From Methylomicrobium sp. (GTDB taxonomy: Bacteria; Pseudomonadota; Gammaproteobacteria; Methylococcales; Methylomonadaceae), in assembly GCA_051061015.1 (NCBI GenBank), contig JBPFEG010000056.1:70335-102334 (forward strand): a stretch of DNA of 32,000 bases, given 5' to 3'. Below the pieces are notes generated by a model that saw only the letters and a list, made by a program, of their open reading frames with translations, did no database searches and was not told the DNA's origin. Below are positions 1 through 8,000 of the stretch, piece after piece. Every line of letters begins with the position of its first letter. Within the stretch, counting starts at the first letter, position 1. The translations under genes and the position numbers were made by a program.

Positions 1-308
1 TTCCGCTGGCCGAGCCCGTTTTCAATCCGCCAGCGCCAATTCAGAAACGGCGTCCGGCTCAGATCGATCCGTTGTTTCTTGAATAGCCCCGACGCCGACG
101 ACGAACTGTCAGCCTTCAGCACCTTCACGCCATCCAGATCGACCAAGCGATATTGCGTCTCTCCCTTGAAGATTTGGGTTTCCCACCCTTGCAGCGACCC
201 CGACGAAAAATCATCGATCCTGATTTCATCGGCGCCCTGGGCAATATTGAATACCATCATCGACAGTGAGAGCAGCGCAAGCAATGGCCTGGAAAACGGG
301 AGAAGCAT
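1..308 (-). CDS. DUF3047-like secreted protein, N-terminal part (gene continues beyond window start)
   Basis: Absent from ORF track because it runs off the edge. Manual reverse translation from ATG (308-306) is open to position 1: MLLPFSRPLLALLSLSMMVFNIAQGADEIRIDDFSSGSLQGWETQIFKGETQYRLVDLDGVKVLKADSSSSASGLFKKQRIDLSRTPFLNWRWRIENGLGQR. Signal-peptide-like N-terminus; W..F.G.T.Y / L.WRWR pattern recalled from the DUF3047 family. Confidence 0.6.
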   Translation of the reverse strand, partial: MLLPFSRPLLALLSLSMMVFNIAQGADEIRIDDFSSGSLQGWETQIFKGETQYRLVDLDGVKVLKADSSSSASGLFKKQRIDLSRTPFLNWRWRIENGLGQR

Positions 309-548
309 GATTCTTTGCTGGGGAAATTTGTATTTTGAATGACAACAGAAGCCAATCGTTCCAACCGAAACATTAATCCCAAACACAACGGTTGGCAACA
401 GCAAAGGCATCATCCCTGCCTTAGCCCGAGCCAGTACAGACGACTTCCCCGTTTGATTTGCCGTTCTCCCTTCCGCTTTTAGGGAATAATCCTTACCTCA
501 ACAGGAGCGCAGTAAAGCCATCAATCCGAGAAAAAATCCCGTCCTACC

Positions 549-577
549 CTAGTTTATTTTCGCGATTCCTATATAAT
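549..577 (+). promoter_or_regulatory. candidate promoter of tRNA-Leu
   Basis: Perfect TATAAT at 572-577 followed by GC-rich discriminator-like cgcgactc, about 24 nt upstream of the mature tRNA 5' end; weak -35 (ctagtt). Eye-level motif only. Confidence 0.3.
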
Positions 578-600
578 ACGCGACTCATCCGTACACCGAT

Positions 601-687
601 GCCTCGGTGGCGAAATTGGTAGACGCAAGGGACTTAAAATCCCTCGGTGGCAACACCGTGCCGGTTCGACTCCGGCCCGAGGCACCA
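601..687 (+). tRNA. tRNA-Leu (anticodon UAA), long variable arm, encoded CCA
   Basis: Acceptor stem GCCTCGG/CCGAGGC, anticodon arm AGGGA-CTTAAAA-TCCCT (anticodon TAA), long variable arm, T-arm CCGGTTCGACTCCGG, discriminator A + CCA. Confidence 0.95.
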
Positions 688-720
688 TATAGCGATTTAA
701 AGACGTTCAACAAGATTCAA

Positions 721-755
721 AAACCCGCAAGTTATCTGGCTTAGCGGGTTTTTTT
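721..755 (+). terminator. rho-independent terminator after tRNA-Leu
   Basis: Stem aaacccgc (721-728) / gcgggttt (744-751) followed by a T-run. Confidence 0.7.
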
Positions 756-773
756 ATGTCCATTGAGGTTCAA

Positions 774-865
774 AAAAGTACAGTAACATTCGACAAAAAG
801 AGCAGTAAGATTTACAGTAGTTTTCAGAAACCCAAAAAAGTTACTGCAATCGAGGTTACTGCAAA
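774..865. repeat. integrase arm-type binding-site cluster (CAGTAAC-family repeats), left end of island 1
   Basis: cagtaac 781-787, cagtaag 803-809, cagtag 815-820, inverted gttactg 840-846 and 856-862, several preceded by AAAAAG. The same motif recurs at 7932-7950. Confidence 0.55.
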
Positions 866-2118
866 TGGCGAAAGAATTACTGAAACCCGCAACCGTCAGC
901 AACGCCAAACCGGGCGACAAAGACAAGCGACTCAATGACGGCAACGGCCTGTATCTGCTCATCAAACCCACCGGCGCAAAATGGTGGCGCTTTGATTACT
1001 CCGTCGACGGCAAGCGTAAAACGCTATCTCTTGGCGTTTACCCTGCCACCGGCCTGGCTGATGCCAGACGCAAAGCCGAGGAAGCCCGCGCCAAAGTCGC
1101 CAATGGGATCGATCCGAGCGACACACGCAAAGAAGCCAAAGCTGCAAAACAAGCCAAGGCCGAAAACCAAAAGCGCCTTGATGCCGGACTGCCAGCGCTG
1201 AACAGCTTCGAGCACATCACCCGCGATTGGCTAGCATCCGTTGAACATACCGTTGCCAGAAATACCCACCACAAGAAAACCCGGCTTTTTGAAATGCATG
1301 TTTTCCCGATGATCGGATACATGGGGATCAGCGATGTTAAATCCCCTCACATCTTCGAAATCGTCAAGCCGCTGATCGAGGCCGGTAAACTGGAATCAGC
1401 GCACCGCATACGCAGCGAAACCAGCGCAGCCTATGCTTATGCCATTGCTCACGGCTTCACCGATTACGACCCGGCACAAGCGGTCGCCAAACAAATCCCG
1501 GCAACGAAAGTTAAGCACCGAGCCGCCCTGAGCGACCCCAAGGACGTTGGACAGTTGATGCGGAGCATTGACAGTTATCAGGGAACGCTTGTGGTCCAAT
1601 GCGCCTTAAAAATATCGCCGCTGTTATTTCAACGCCCTGGCGAAATCCGGCAAATGGAATGGAAAGACGTTGACTTATCGGCGCGCGAATGGCGACCATT
1701 CGTCACCAAAACCAATGCTTTGCATCTTGTCCCATTATCCACTCAAGCAGTCACCATACTCGAGACGGTGAAACCGCTGACCGGATCGGGACGCTATGTT
1801 TTCCCCTCAAGCCGAAACGATGGCCGGCCAATGTCGGAAAACACGATCAGGGTAGCCTTGCTGACGATGGGATACGATGGCGACACTATGACGGCACACG
1901 GCTTTCGTGGCATGGCGTCAACCCTACTGAATGAGCAAGGCTGGAGCCCGGACGCGATCGAGCGCCAGCTTTGCCACATGCCAAGGGATCAGGTGAGAGC
2001 CGCCTACAACCGGGCGCAATACCTGGATGAGCGCCGCCGCATGATGCAGGCTTGGGCCGATTACCTGGACAGCTTGAAGCATGGCGCTGATGTGATTCCG
2101 TTTAAGCGGACTGTCTGA
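865..2118 (+). CDS. int: P4-type tyrosine integrase (DUF4102 N-terminal arm-binding domain + phage integrase catalytic domain)
   Basis: 417 aa. N-terminus LSDGNGLYLLIKPTGAKWWRFDY...GKRKTLSLGVYP is typical of DUF4102/P4 integrases. C-terminus HGFRGMAST...CHMPRDQVRAAYNRAQY carries the H-x-x-R...H...Y catalytic pattern. Adjacent to a tRNA. Confidence 0.93.
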   Translation: MAKELLKPATVSNAKPGDKDKRLNDGNGLYLLIKPTGAKWWRFDYSVDGKRKTLSLGVYPATGLADARRKAEEARAKVANGIDPSDTRKEAKAAKQAKAENQKRLDAGLPALNSFEHITRDWLASVEHTVARNTHHKKTRLFEMHVFPMIGYMGISDVKSPHIFEIVKPLIEAGKLESAHRIRSETSAAYAYAIAHGFTDYDPAQAVAKQIPATKVKHRAALSDPKDVGQLMRSIDSYQGTLVVQCALKISPLLFQRPGEIRQMEWKDVDLSAREWRPFVTKTNALHLVPLSTQAVTILETVKPLTGSGRYVFPSSRNDGRPMSENTIRVALLTMGYDGDTMTAHGFRGMASTLLNEQGWSPDAIERQLCHMPRDQVRAAYNRAQYLDERRRMMQAWADYLDSLKHGADVIPFKRTV

Positions 2119-2230
2119 GCTGTATAATCGATTTTAACCGGATAGGCCGACGGGCCAACAAGCGGGATTCATCACCCTGTTTCCGGTTAATCCCTTCGTG
2201 ATGATTGCACTTTGATGGAGTGTGCTATTA

Positions 2231-2776
2231 ATGACTTTTATTAAATACGCTGCACCAGCCTGGGAGCCTCTGCTAGTTCAAATTGGAATGATAGAAAGAC
2301 CTGACTCTATAAGTGAAATTGACTTTACAAAAAAAGATCAATGGGGAGTAGTTGAATGGTCAGCATATGCTAAATATCTGGAGAACTATAGCCAATCTTT
2401 GGTATGGAAACTATCTGCTAGTGAAACTGAATTGAAAAAACAGCGAGAGAAATTAAGCCGGAAAAAGAAAGTTACAAACACCTCTGTAAAAAATGCAACG
2501 ATGGAATCTTTCTTATCAGATATTCTATCGAGTCAACGCCGCGTAAATCCTAAGCGTGGCCGGCCAAAGGACAATAACTTAAAATCTTTGGAATATGCAC
2601 GACTCGTACTTCAAAAGCGGACCGAGCTTGAAGCACAGGGGAAAACTGTTACAAATTTACAGACATTGGAGGAAGTCTGCAAAGACCTGAACCTATCCAG
2701 AATGCAAAAGCAAACAGTAATGGGGAGGAGGAAAACAATATTCAATAGACTGAAAAGCCTTCGCTACTCCCAATAA
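2231..2776 (+). CDS. hypothetical protein, AT-rich cargo ORF between int and alpA
   Basis: ORF track 2222-2776. ATG at 2231 has GGAG 10 nt upstream, whereas the GTG at 2222 has none. Lys/Arg-rich with an RGRPKDNN AT-hook-like motif. Visibly lower GC than its neighbours. No family recognised. Confidence 0.6.
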   Translation: MTFIKYAAPAWEPLLVQIGMIERPDSISEIDFTKKDQWGVVEWSAYAKYLENYSQSLVWKLSASETELKKQREKLSRKKKVTNTSVKNATMESFLSDILSSQRRVNPKRGRPKDNNLKSLEYARLVLQKRTELEAQGKTVTNLQTLEEVCKDLNLSRMQKQTVMGRRKTIFNRLKSLRYSQ

Positions 2777-2866
2777 TTCTTAAAGGTCAGGTTTCCTTTT
2801 TTATGGGAAAAACTGGCCGCTAAAGTATCGCAAAAATCAACAATGACCAGAGAGGTTCATTATTTT

Positions 2867-3088
2867 ATGGCGATACTATCCACCCTTCCCGAAACCGGCT
2901 TTGTCCGTCTCCCTCAAATCATTGGCGACCGTAAGCGCGGCACTCCTGGCGTTTTGCCCATTGGCAGGACTTCATTCTTAAACGGCGTCAAATCCGGCAA
3001 GTACCCCAAGCCTGTCAAACTGTCCGAAAGAACCGTTGCGTGGCGCGTCGAAGATATTCGCGCCTTGATCGAATCCGCTGGACAATAA
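2867..3088 (+). CDS. alpA: AlpA-family transcriptional regulator / excisionase-like HTH
   Basis: LPETGFVRLPQIIG...LPIGRTSFLNGVKSGKYPKPVKLSERTVAWRVEDIRALI matches the Phage_AlpA pattern. Internal ATG 2867 has AGAGAGG upstream (ORF track start is 2843). Confidence 0.85.
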   Translation: MAILSTLPETGFVRLPQIIGDRKRGTPGVLPIGRTSFLNGVKSGKYPKPVKLSERTVAWRVEDIRALIESAGQ

Positions 3089-3092
3089 AAAT

Positions 3093-3126
3093 CCCGACTG
3101 ACTCTTACCAATCAGCCGGGTTTCTC
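3093..3126 (+). terminator. hairpin terminator after alpA
   Basis: cccgactga (3093-3101) / tcagccggg (3112-3120), one mismatch, followed by tttctc. Confidence 0.45.
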
Positions 3127-3216
3127 ATAGTCAAATCAAAGTTATGCGTTTAAACAGCAAGCGTATTCTATCCGATATTGACAACTGATGCACCCGGCGA
3201 AAACTGGAACTTTGCC

Positions 3217-3633
3217 ATGATCGAAAAATTCACTTCACGACTCGAAGGAGTCAAACGCACCGGACCGGGCCGGTATATCGCCAAGTGCCCGAGCCATAAC
3301 GACAAAAGCCCGTCCTTGACCGTTGCCGAGCGCGAAGGAAAAATAATTTTCCATTGCTTCGCAGGATGCGACCCTGCCGACGTTCTCGCAGCGGTCGGTC
3401 TGGCATTTGCGGACCTGTACCCGGAGCGGCCTGACTACTCGAAAGGCAGCCGTTCAGCGGCTTTTAACCCCTATGATGTGCTCAAGTGCCTGGCGCGTGA
3501 GGCCGGGATCGTCACCCTGGCGGCGGCTCAGGTTTCGACCGGGCACCCAGTGACCACGGCCGACGCTGCGCGGGTACAGTTGGCACACGAGCGGCTGCGC
3601 GATGCGGCCAAGTTGATAGGGGTTCGGCTATGA
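3217..3633 (+). CDS. CHC2 zinc-finger (primase-type) domain protein
   Basis: CPSHNDKSPSLTV...GKIIFHCFAGC resembles the DnaG/P4 CHC2 zinc finger (CP.H.[DE]K.PS...HCF.C). No Toprim motif seen. First ATG is at 3217 (track start 3178 is TTG). ATGA overlap with the next gene. Confidence 0.75.
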   Translation: MIEKFTSRLEGVKRTGPGRYIAKCPSHNDKSPSLTVAEREGKIIFHCFAGCDPADVLAAVGLAFADLYPERPDYSKGSRSAAFNPYDVLKCLAREAGIVTLAAAQVSTGHPVTTADAARVQLAHERLRDAAKLIGVRL

Positions 3634-5174
3634 ATGGTTACGTTTCGAACCTTGATGAATTGTTCGAGCAAACCCAAGCGAAGGGCGAAACTGGCGACAA
3701 ATGGCTGCAGCCGCAGCCGCAACCGCTGACAGCCAAAATTGAGCCGGAATCATACCCGCTGGATGCCTTGCCGGACGTGATCCGGTCGGCGGTCGAAGAA
3801 GTGGCCGGATTCGTCAAAGCCCCGTTGCCGTTGGTGGCCGGTTCCGCATTGGGGGCGCTGTCGCTGGCGGCGCAAGCCCATGCTGACATCAAACGCGCCG
3901 AGCGGCTAACCGGCCCGACAGGCTTGTTTCTGTTGAGCATTGCCGATTCAGGCGAACGCAAAACGACTTGTGACGGATTTTTTACCTCAGCGATTCGGCA
4001 ATATGAAGTTGAGCAAACAGAGATAGGGGCCCCTTTGTTGAAGGATTACGCGGCGGCGCTGGGAGCCTGGAACGCTGAACGGGAGGGATTGCTATCGGCA
4101 ATCAAAGACGCTGGCAAAAAGGGCAAGGATTCAACCAAGTTGCGAGATGACTTGAAACTGCTGGAACACGATAAACCCGAACCGCCACGCATTCCCCGGC
4201 TGATTTTGGGCGATGAAACCCCAGAAAACTTAGCCTATACCTTGGCTAAAAATTGGCCGTCGGCAGGCGTGGTATCGAGCGAAGCGGGCGTAGTCTTTGG
4301 GGCGCACGGCATGGGCAAAGATTCCGTTATGCGAAATCTTGGCTTACTCAATGTGATGTGGGACGGTGGCAGTCTATCGATTGGGCGGCGCACGTCGGAA
4401 TCATTCACCGTTAAAGGTGCACGGCTTACGGTAGCGTTACAGATTCAAGAAGCAACATTGCGAGCATTCTTCGATAAATCCGGGGGGCTGGCGCGTGGTA
4501 CGGGGTTTTTGGCGCGATTCCTGGTGGCCTGGCCGGAATCGACCCAAGGTTATCGACCCTTTACCGATCCGCCGGACACTTGGCCCCGGCTGGCCGCGTT
4601 CAACCGGCGAATTACCGAAATACTGAATACACCAGCACCGCTGACTGATCAAGGTAGCCTTGAACCTATCATGCTGACGTTTACCCCGGCAGCAAAACAA
4701 GCCTGGATAGCGTTTCACGATGCGCTAGAGAGTGAATTACGATCCGGGGGCGAACTCTACGATGTGCGCGACGTTGCCAGCAAGGCCGCCGACAACGCTG
4801 CACGGCTGGCGGCACTGTTTCATGTATTTAGTCATGGCTTAGAGAGTGCTGTTGATGCGGATAGTTTTGATGGGGCAAGTCAGATTGCCACATGGCATTT
4901 ATCGGAGGCGCGGCGGTTTTTTGGGGAGCTGGCTTTGCCGGTCGAGCTGGCAAATGCGGCGCGGCTGGATGCCTGGCTGATCGATCATGGAAGGCGCGAG
5001 CGAACGCATATTGTACCCCGCCGCGAAGCGCAGCGACTTGGGCCGGTACGGGACAACGAAGCCTTGAAACAAGCCCTCAATATCCTTGAGGAACTGAATC
5101 GGGCGCGATTGGTTGCGGAGGGGCGCAGGAAAGATATTTTGATTAACCCGTTAATAATGGGGGATAAAAAGTGA
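3630..5174 (+). CDS. DUF3987 / YfjI-like replication-associated protein
   Basis: 514 aa. Region ILGDETPENLAYTLAKNWPSAGVVSSEAGVVFG...MWDGGSLSIGRRTSESF is the pattern I recall for DUF3987 proteins of P4-like islands. Translationally coupled to the zinc-finger gene. Confidence 0.8.
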   Translation: MNGYVSNLDELFEQTQAKGETGDKWLQPQPQPLTAKIEPESYPLDALPDVIRSAVEEVAGFVKAPLPLVAGSALGALSLAAQAHADIKRAERLTGPTGLFLLSIADSGERKTTCDGFFTSAIRQYEVEQTEIGAPLLKDYAAALGAWNAEREGLLSAIKDAGKKGKDSTKLRDDLKLLEHDKPEPPRIPRLILGDETPENLAYTLAKNWPSAGVVSSEAGVVFGAHGMGKDSVMRNLGLLNVMWDGGSLSIGRRTSESFTVKGARLTVALQIQEATLRAFFDKSGGLARGTGFLARFLVAWPESTQGYRPFTDPPDTWPRLAAFNRRITEILNTPAPLTDQGSLEPIMLTFTPAAKQAWIAFHDALESELRSGGELYDVRDVASKAADNAARLAALFHVFSHGLESAVDADSFDGASQIATWHLSEARRFFGELALPVELANAARLDAWLIDHGRRERTHIVPRREAQRLGPVRDNEALKQALNILEELNRARLVAEGRRKDILINPLIMGDKK

Positions 5175-5668
5175 TGCTTTCCGCTTTAATCCACAAAAAC
5201 AAAACTAAGCCCATTGCGACAATGACAGTTGCGACACTTGCGACACAAGACATTGAACCCCTGCCAGCTGTCGCAAAAGTCGCAACTGTCACAGTCGCAA
5301 ACCCCACAGAGTCAAAAATTGATAACACAGACGACCGCTACCATTGCCGAGAGTGCCGAAACCTTCGAAACGGCTACTGCATCCGGCAGCGGTTCCGACC
5401 GGTCGATGACATTCCCCGGCGATGTGAGGATTTTACCGGCTACCCGGCTGAGATCGGCAAGAGCGCCAGCAGCGAGCGCCAGACCAGCGAGACCGCCGAC
5501 AATGCCCAAGGCCGCTATTTCAAGTTTCTGATTACCCGGCAGGACGGCACACAGTTCTATTCCTGCTCAATGCCAAGGATGGCAATCGAGGAGGTCCGGG
5601 AGCAGTACCCGGGCGCGACCAATATTGAACCCGTTGAAAACGAGGCTTATGACGATGACAGCGAATAA
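5171..5668 (+). CDS. Cys-rich hypothetical protein (paralog of 25824-26294)
   Basis: 165 aa. YHCRECRNLRNGYCIRQRFRPVDDIPRRCEDFTGYP and RYFKFLITRQDGTQF align with HYCRECLHFMNGFCAQQRIRLVDDIPRRCENFAGLP and RYFRFLITRPDGSQF of the island-2 ORF. GTGA overlap with the upstream gene. Confidence 0.75.
   Translation: MMLSALIHKNKTKPIATMTVATLATQDIEPLPAVAKVATVTVANPTESKIDNTDDRYHCRECRNLRNGYCIRQRFRPVDDIPRRCEDFTGYPAEIGKSASSERQTSETADNAQGRYFKFLITRQDGTQFYSCSMPRMAIEEVREQYPGATNIEPVENEAYDDDSE
5214..5300. repeat. symmetric iteron-like array: 3x TTGCGACA then 3x (T/A)GTCGCAA
   Basis: ttgcgaca at 5214-5221, 5229-5236, 5238-5245. Inverted tgtcgcaa/agtcgcaa at 5269-5276, 5279-5286, 5293-5300. Lies inside the 5' part of CDS 5171-5668 (the VAT/ATL peptide repeats). 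Confidence 0.5.
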
Positions 5669-6089
5669 CGAAAATCCTGAATCAGCAGGAATGAAGCAGG
5701 ATGGCAGATTTAAGCCGGGGCAAAGCGGCAACCCTAAAGGCCGAGCACCTGGCGCGACACCGGCGGCAAAACTCAGGAAGTCAATTGTTCAGGATATGCC
5801 GGAGATTATCAATACTTTGGTGACTCTGGCGAAATCCGGCGATGTGCAGGCGGCCAAGGTTTTACTTGATCGGGTTTGCCCGGCATTGAAACCGCAGGCG
5901 CTACCGATCAGCCTGCCGGTTAATGGCTCGCTGGCGGATCAAGGCGCGGAAATCATCCGGGCGACATTGGCCGGGCAGATACCGCCCGACATCGGCAGCC
6001 AGTTGATTACCGCGCTGGCGGCACAATCCAAAATCATTGAAATCGACGAACTCACTAAACGGGTTGAAGCCCTGGAGCAGAAAACGTGA
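5649..6089 (+). CDS. DUF5681-like protein
   Basis: FKPGQSGNPKGRAPG is the hallmark motif I associate with DUF5681. Start is uncertain: track start 5625 is TTG; ATGs at 5649 and 5655 follow GAGG; another ATG at 5691. Confidence 0.7.
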   Translation: MTMTANNENPESAGMKQDGRFKPGQSGNPKGRAPGATPAAKLRKSIVQDMPEIINTLVTLAKSGDVQAAKVLLDRVCPALKPQALPISLPVNGSLADQGAEIIRATLAGQIPPDIGSQLITALAAQSKIIEIDELTKRVEALEQKT

Positions 6090-6289
6090 GCATCAAGCAT
6101 AGAGTCGAGAAACTGGAGCAGCGGCAACCGGCCAGCACTCTGCAAAAATATGAACTGATCGGCGTCTTGGACGGCGAGACAGAGGCGCAAGCCATCGAAC
6201 GATGGAAAGCCGAACACCCGGACAAGACGGAACCGGATAACATTATCTTTTTGGTGCCGTTTGGAGATGAGAGGGGTGAAACCGCATGA
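6086..6289 (+). CDS. small hypothetical protein, mini-paralog 1 (MSIKHRVEKLEQR...)
   Basis: 67 aa, GTGA overlap with the upstream gene. Shares the N-terminal K.R[VL][ED]KLE motif with the next two ORFs. Confidence 0.55.
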   Translation: MSIKHRVEKLEQRQPASTLQKYELIGVLDGETEAQAIERWKAEHPDKTEPDNIIFLVPFGDERGETA

Positions 6290-6549
6290 CTCTAAAAACG
6301 AGACTGGAAAAACTGGAGCAACGCGCCGACAAGGAAATCAGCCTGGAACAGATCAACGCAAGGCTGAGGGTTTTGTTCGGCAAAGCCTTAGGCAAGGATT
6401 TAAGCCAGAGCAGTGAGGCCGAATTAAGCACTGCGACAGATGAATTTTTACGCCAGATGATTGAGGGCGAAACTGGGCAAGTGTGCCGAGACTGGCCCAA
6501 TCATCGGCTTTTGAGTGAATATAGGAAATTGGTTAGGGGGCCAGCATGA
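6286..6549 (+). CDS. small hypothetical protein, mini-paralog 2 (MTLKTRLEKLEQR...)
   Basis: 87 aa, ATGA overlap on both sides, same N-terminal motif. Confidence 0.55.
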   Translation: MTLKTRLEKLEQRADKEISLEQINARLRVLFGKALGKDLSQSSEAELSTATDEFLRQMIEGETGQVCRDWPNHRLLSEYRKLVRGPA

Positions 6550-6770
6550 GCATCAAGACGAGATTGGATAAACTGGAGGCGGCGGTAAAGTCGCCTTTCG
6601 GGATATGGCTGCAAATCACCACCGAAGACGGGGATTCGGCCGAGGTAATCGAGCGATTGAAAGCCGAGGCCGTCAAGGAATGGAAGCAGGCCAATCCCGA
6701 AAGAGAGTTCCCGGCGGAGTTTAACTGGATTGTTCGTAGGATCGTCGAGCCCAAACTACCGGTGCACTGA
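6546..6770 (+). CDS. small hypothetical protein, mini-paralog 3 (MSIKTRLDKLEAA...)
   Basis: 74 aa, ATGA overlap. IERLKAE..W is similar to IERWKAEHP of paralog 1. Confidence 0.55.
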   Translation: MSIKTRLDKLEAAVKSPFGIWLQITTEDGDSAEVIERLKAEAVKEWKQANPEREFPAEFNWIVRRIVEPKLPVH

Positions 6771-6847
6771 TGCATTGATGTAATAATGTAACATCCACGA
6801 CACCATAAAGCCGGGAGGATACCCAGCTTTTTTGTATTTGGCGTTTT

Positions 6848-7276
6848 CTATTTGATACGCTTGCCGGTAATCTTGCCCGATGAATAGCAGTTATTGATTA
6901 AACCAACGCGGGTTGCAGTACCTGTCAATGACTTTATAAATCCAAATGTATCGAGCTTTATCTTGCCTATTAAGGACGCGTAATTGTCGTTATCAACCAG
7001 ATAATCAGCATGGAAAGAATAGGTTAAAGTTCCAATTTGGTTGACGCTTACATTGAACACAAAATCCGGGGAAGCTTTTACCGATTGCACGTAGCCATTT
7101 AGTGTTCCATCGCCGTTAAACTTTACAAACAATGGGAGATCGTTTGAGGGAGTAACGGCAACGGGGAGCGACCCGGGGCAATACTCTGTTCCACGGCTTT
7201 GCAGCGCAAGAATTTCCCCAACAGCCATGGCTTGACTTGAAGTCCCCAATATCAGCACAGCCAGTAACTTTTTCAT
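6848..7276 (-). CDS. secreted hypothetical protein (signal peptide)
   Basis: 142 aa. MKKLLAVLILGTSSQAMA|VGE is signal-peptide-like. AT-rich. No family recognised. Confidence 0.6.
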   Translation of the reverse strand: MKKLLAVLILGTSSQAMAVGEILALQSRGTEYCPGSLPVAVTPSNDLPLFVKFNGDGTLNGYVQSVKASPDFVFNVSVNQIGTLTYSFHADYLVDNDNYASLIGKIKLDTFGFIKSLTGTATRVGLINNCYSSGKITGKRIK

Positions 7277-7456
7277 AACGCCTATCCTTCGTTAATTTGA
7301 AAGCGGCGAGTTTAGCATAAGGTAATGTCGTAATAAAATTTAGAGAACCCCTCTTTTTATGGCTGTTACTGAGGGACGCGGCGGAGCAGCACGCTTGCCA
7401 AGAAGATAAACTATCGTCTAATCTTAGTTGCAAAAATTAATCGAAAAGGGGGCGTT

Positions 7457-7831
7457 ATGAAGCGATGGATTTTTCTGGGGTTCTTTTTTTGTTCTGGTTG
7501 TGGCATTTTTGTGACTAAAGAGAATGTCAAATATGCCAGCACTGGCAATTTATGCCAATGGGCCTTTAGTGGTCTGTCATCAAAAGAAACCGCTAATATT
7601 GCTCTCAGTGAGCTGGAAAGTAGGAACGAGACTTGTTCTGGCCAGTTATCAAGTAGTTCAAGCGGACTAACATACAAACCAACACCGGCAAGTACCGAAA
7701 TGATGCGTATTGGCTCCCAATTAATGATTCAAGGCGCACCTAAACCGCTATATGTTCCGCCCCCCCCGCCAGCTCCAATAAGATGCCAGACGTTTTATAT
7801 GGGAAATTATGCTCAGACAAAATGCCAATAG
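7457..7831 (+). CDS. putative lipoprotein
   Basis: 124 aa. MKRWIFLGFFFCSGCG has lipobox-like FCSG|C. Pro-rich PPPPPAP and C-terminal Cys residues. GGGGG upstream of the ATG. Confidence 0.55.
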   Translation: MKRWIFLGFFFCSGCGIFVTKENVKYASTGNLCQWAFSGLSSKETANIALSELESRNETCSGQLSSSSSGLTYKPTPASTEMMRIGSQLMIQGAPKPLYVPPPPPAPIRCQTFYMGNYAQTKCQ

Positions 7832-7924
7832 AAGTAAGCGGAGATAAGCCGCAACGATTGCGGAGCAAAATCGCCCATCGATGAAACGTTGGCTGATTCT
7901 GCCGATTTTGGGAGGCATCGGCGA

Positions 7925-7953
7925 AAAAGCGCAGTAACTTTTACAGTAACTTT
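7925..7953. repeat. integrase arm-type repeats, right end of island 1
   Basis: aaaaagcgCAGTAACtttt and ttaCAGTAACttt (cagtaac at 7932-7938 and 7944-7950) match the repeats at 781-862. Confidence 0.55.
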
Positions 7954-8000
7954 AAAAAACAAAGCCTGAATCCCTTGATTTTGCTGGCTATTCGAAGAAG

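Noticed and set aside
79-342. 87-aa plus-strand ORF at the window start
   Set aside because: It lies antisense to a much more convincing minus-strand gene (signal peptide, open to the window edge, family-like motifs), and its own sequence is low-complexity.
741-971. ORFs 741-971(-), 756-938(+) and 935-1201(+) around the integrase start
   Set aside because: They cover the terminator and arm-repeat region or overlap the integrase in other frames. Their composition is repeat-driven and no RBS is present.
2134-2190. 9-bp inverted repeat TTAACCGGA / TCCGGTTAA after the integrase stop
   Set aside because: It may be a transcription stop or a regulator site, but it has a 39-nt loop and no T-run. 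The evidence is too weak to call.
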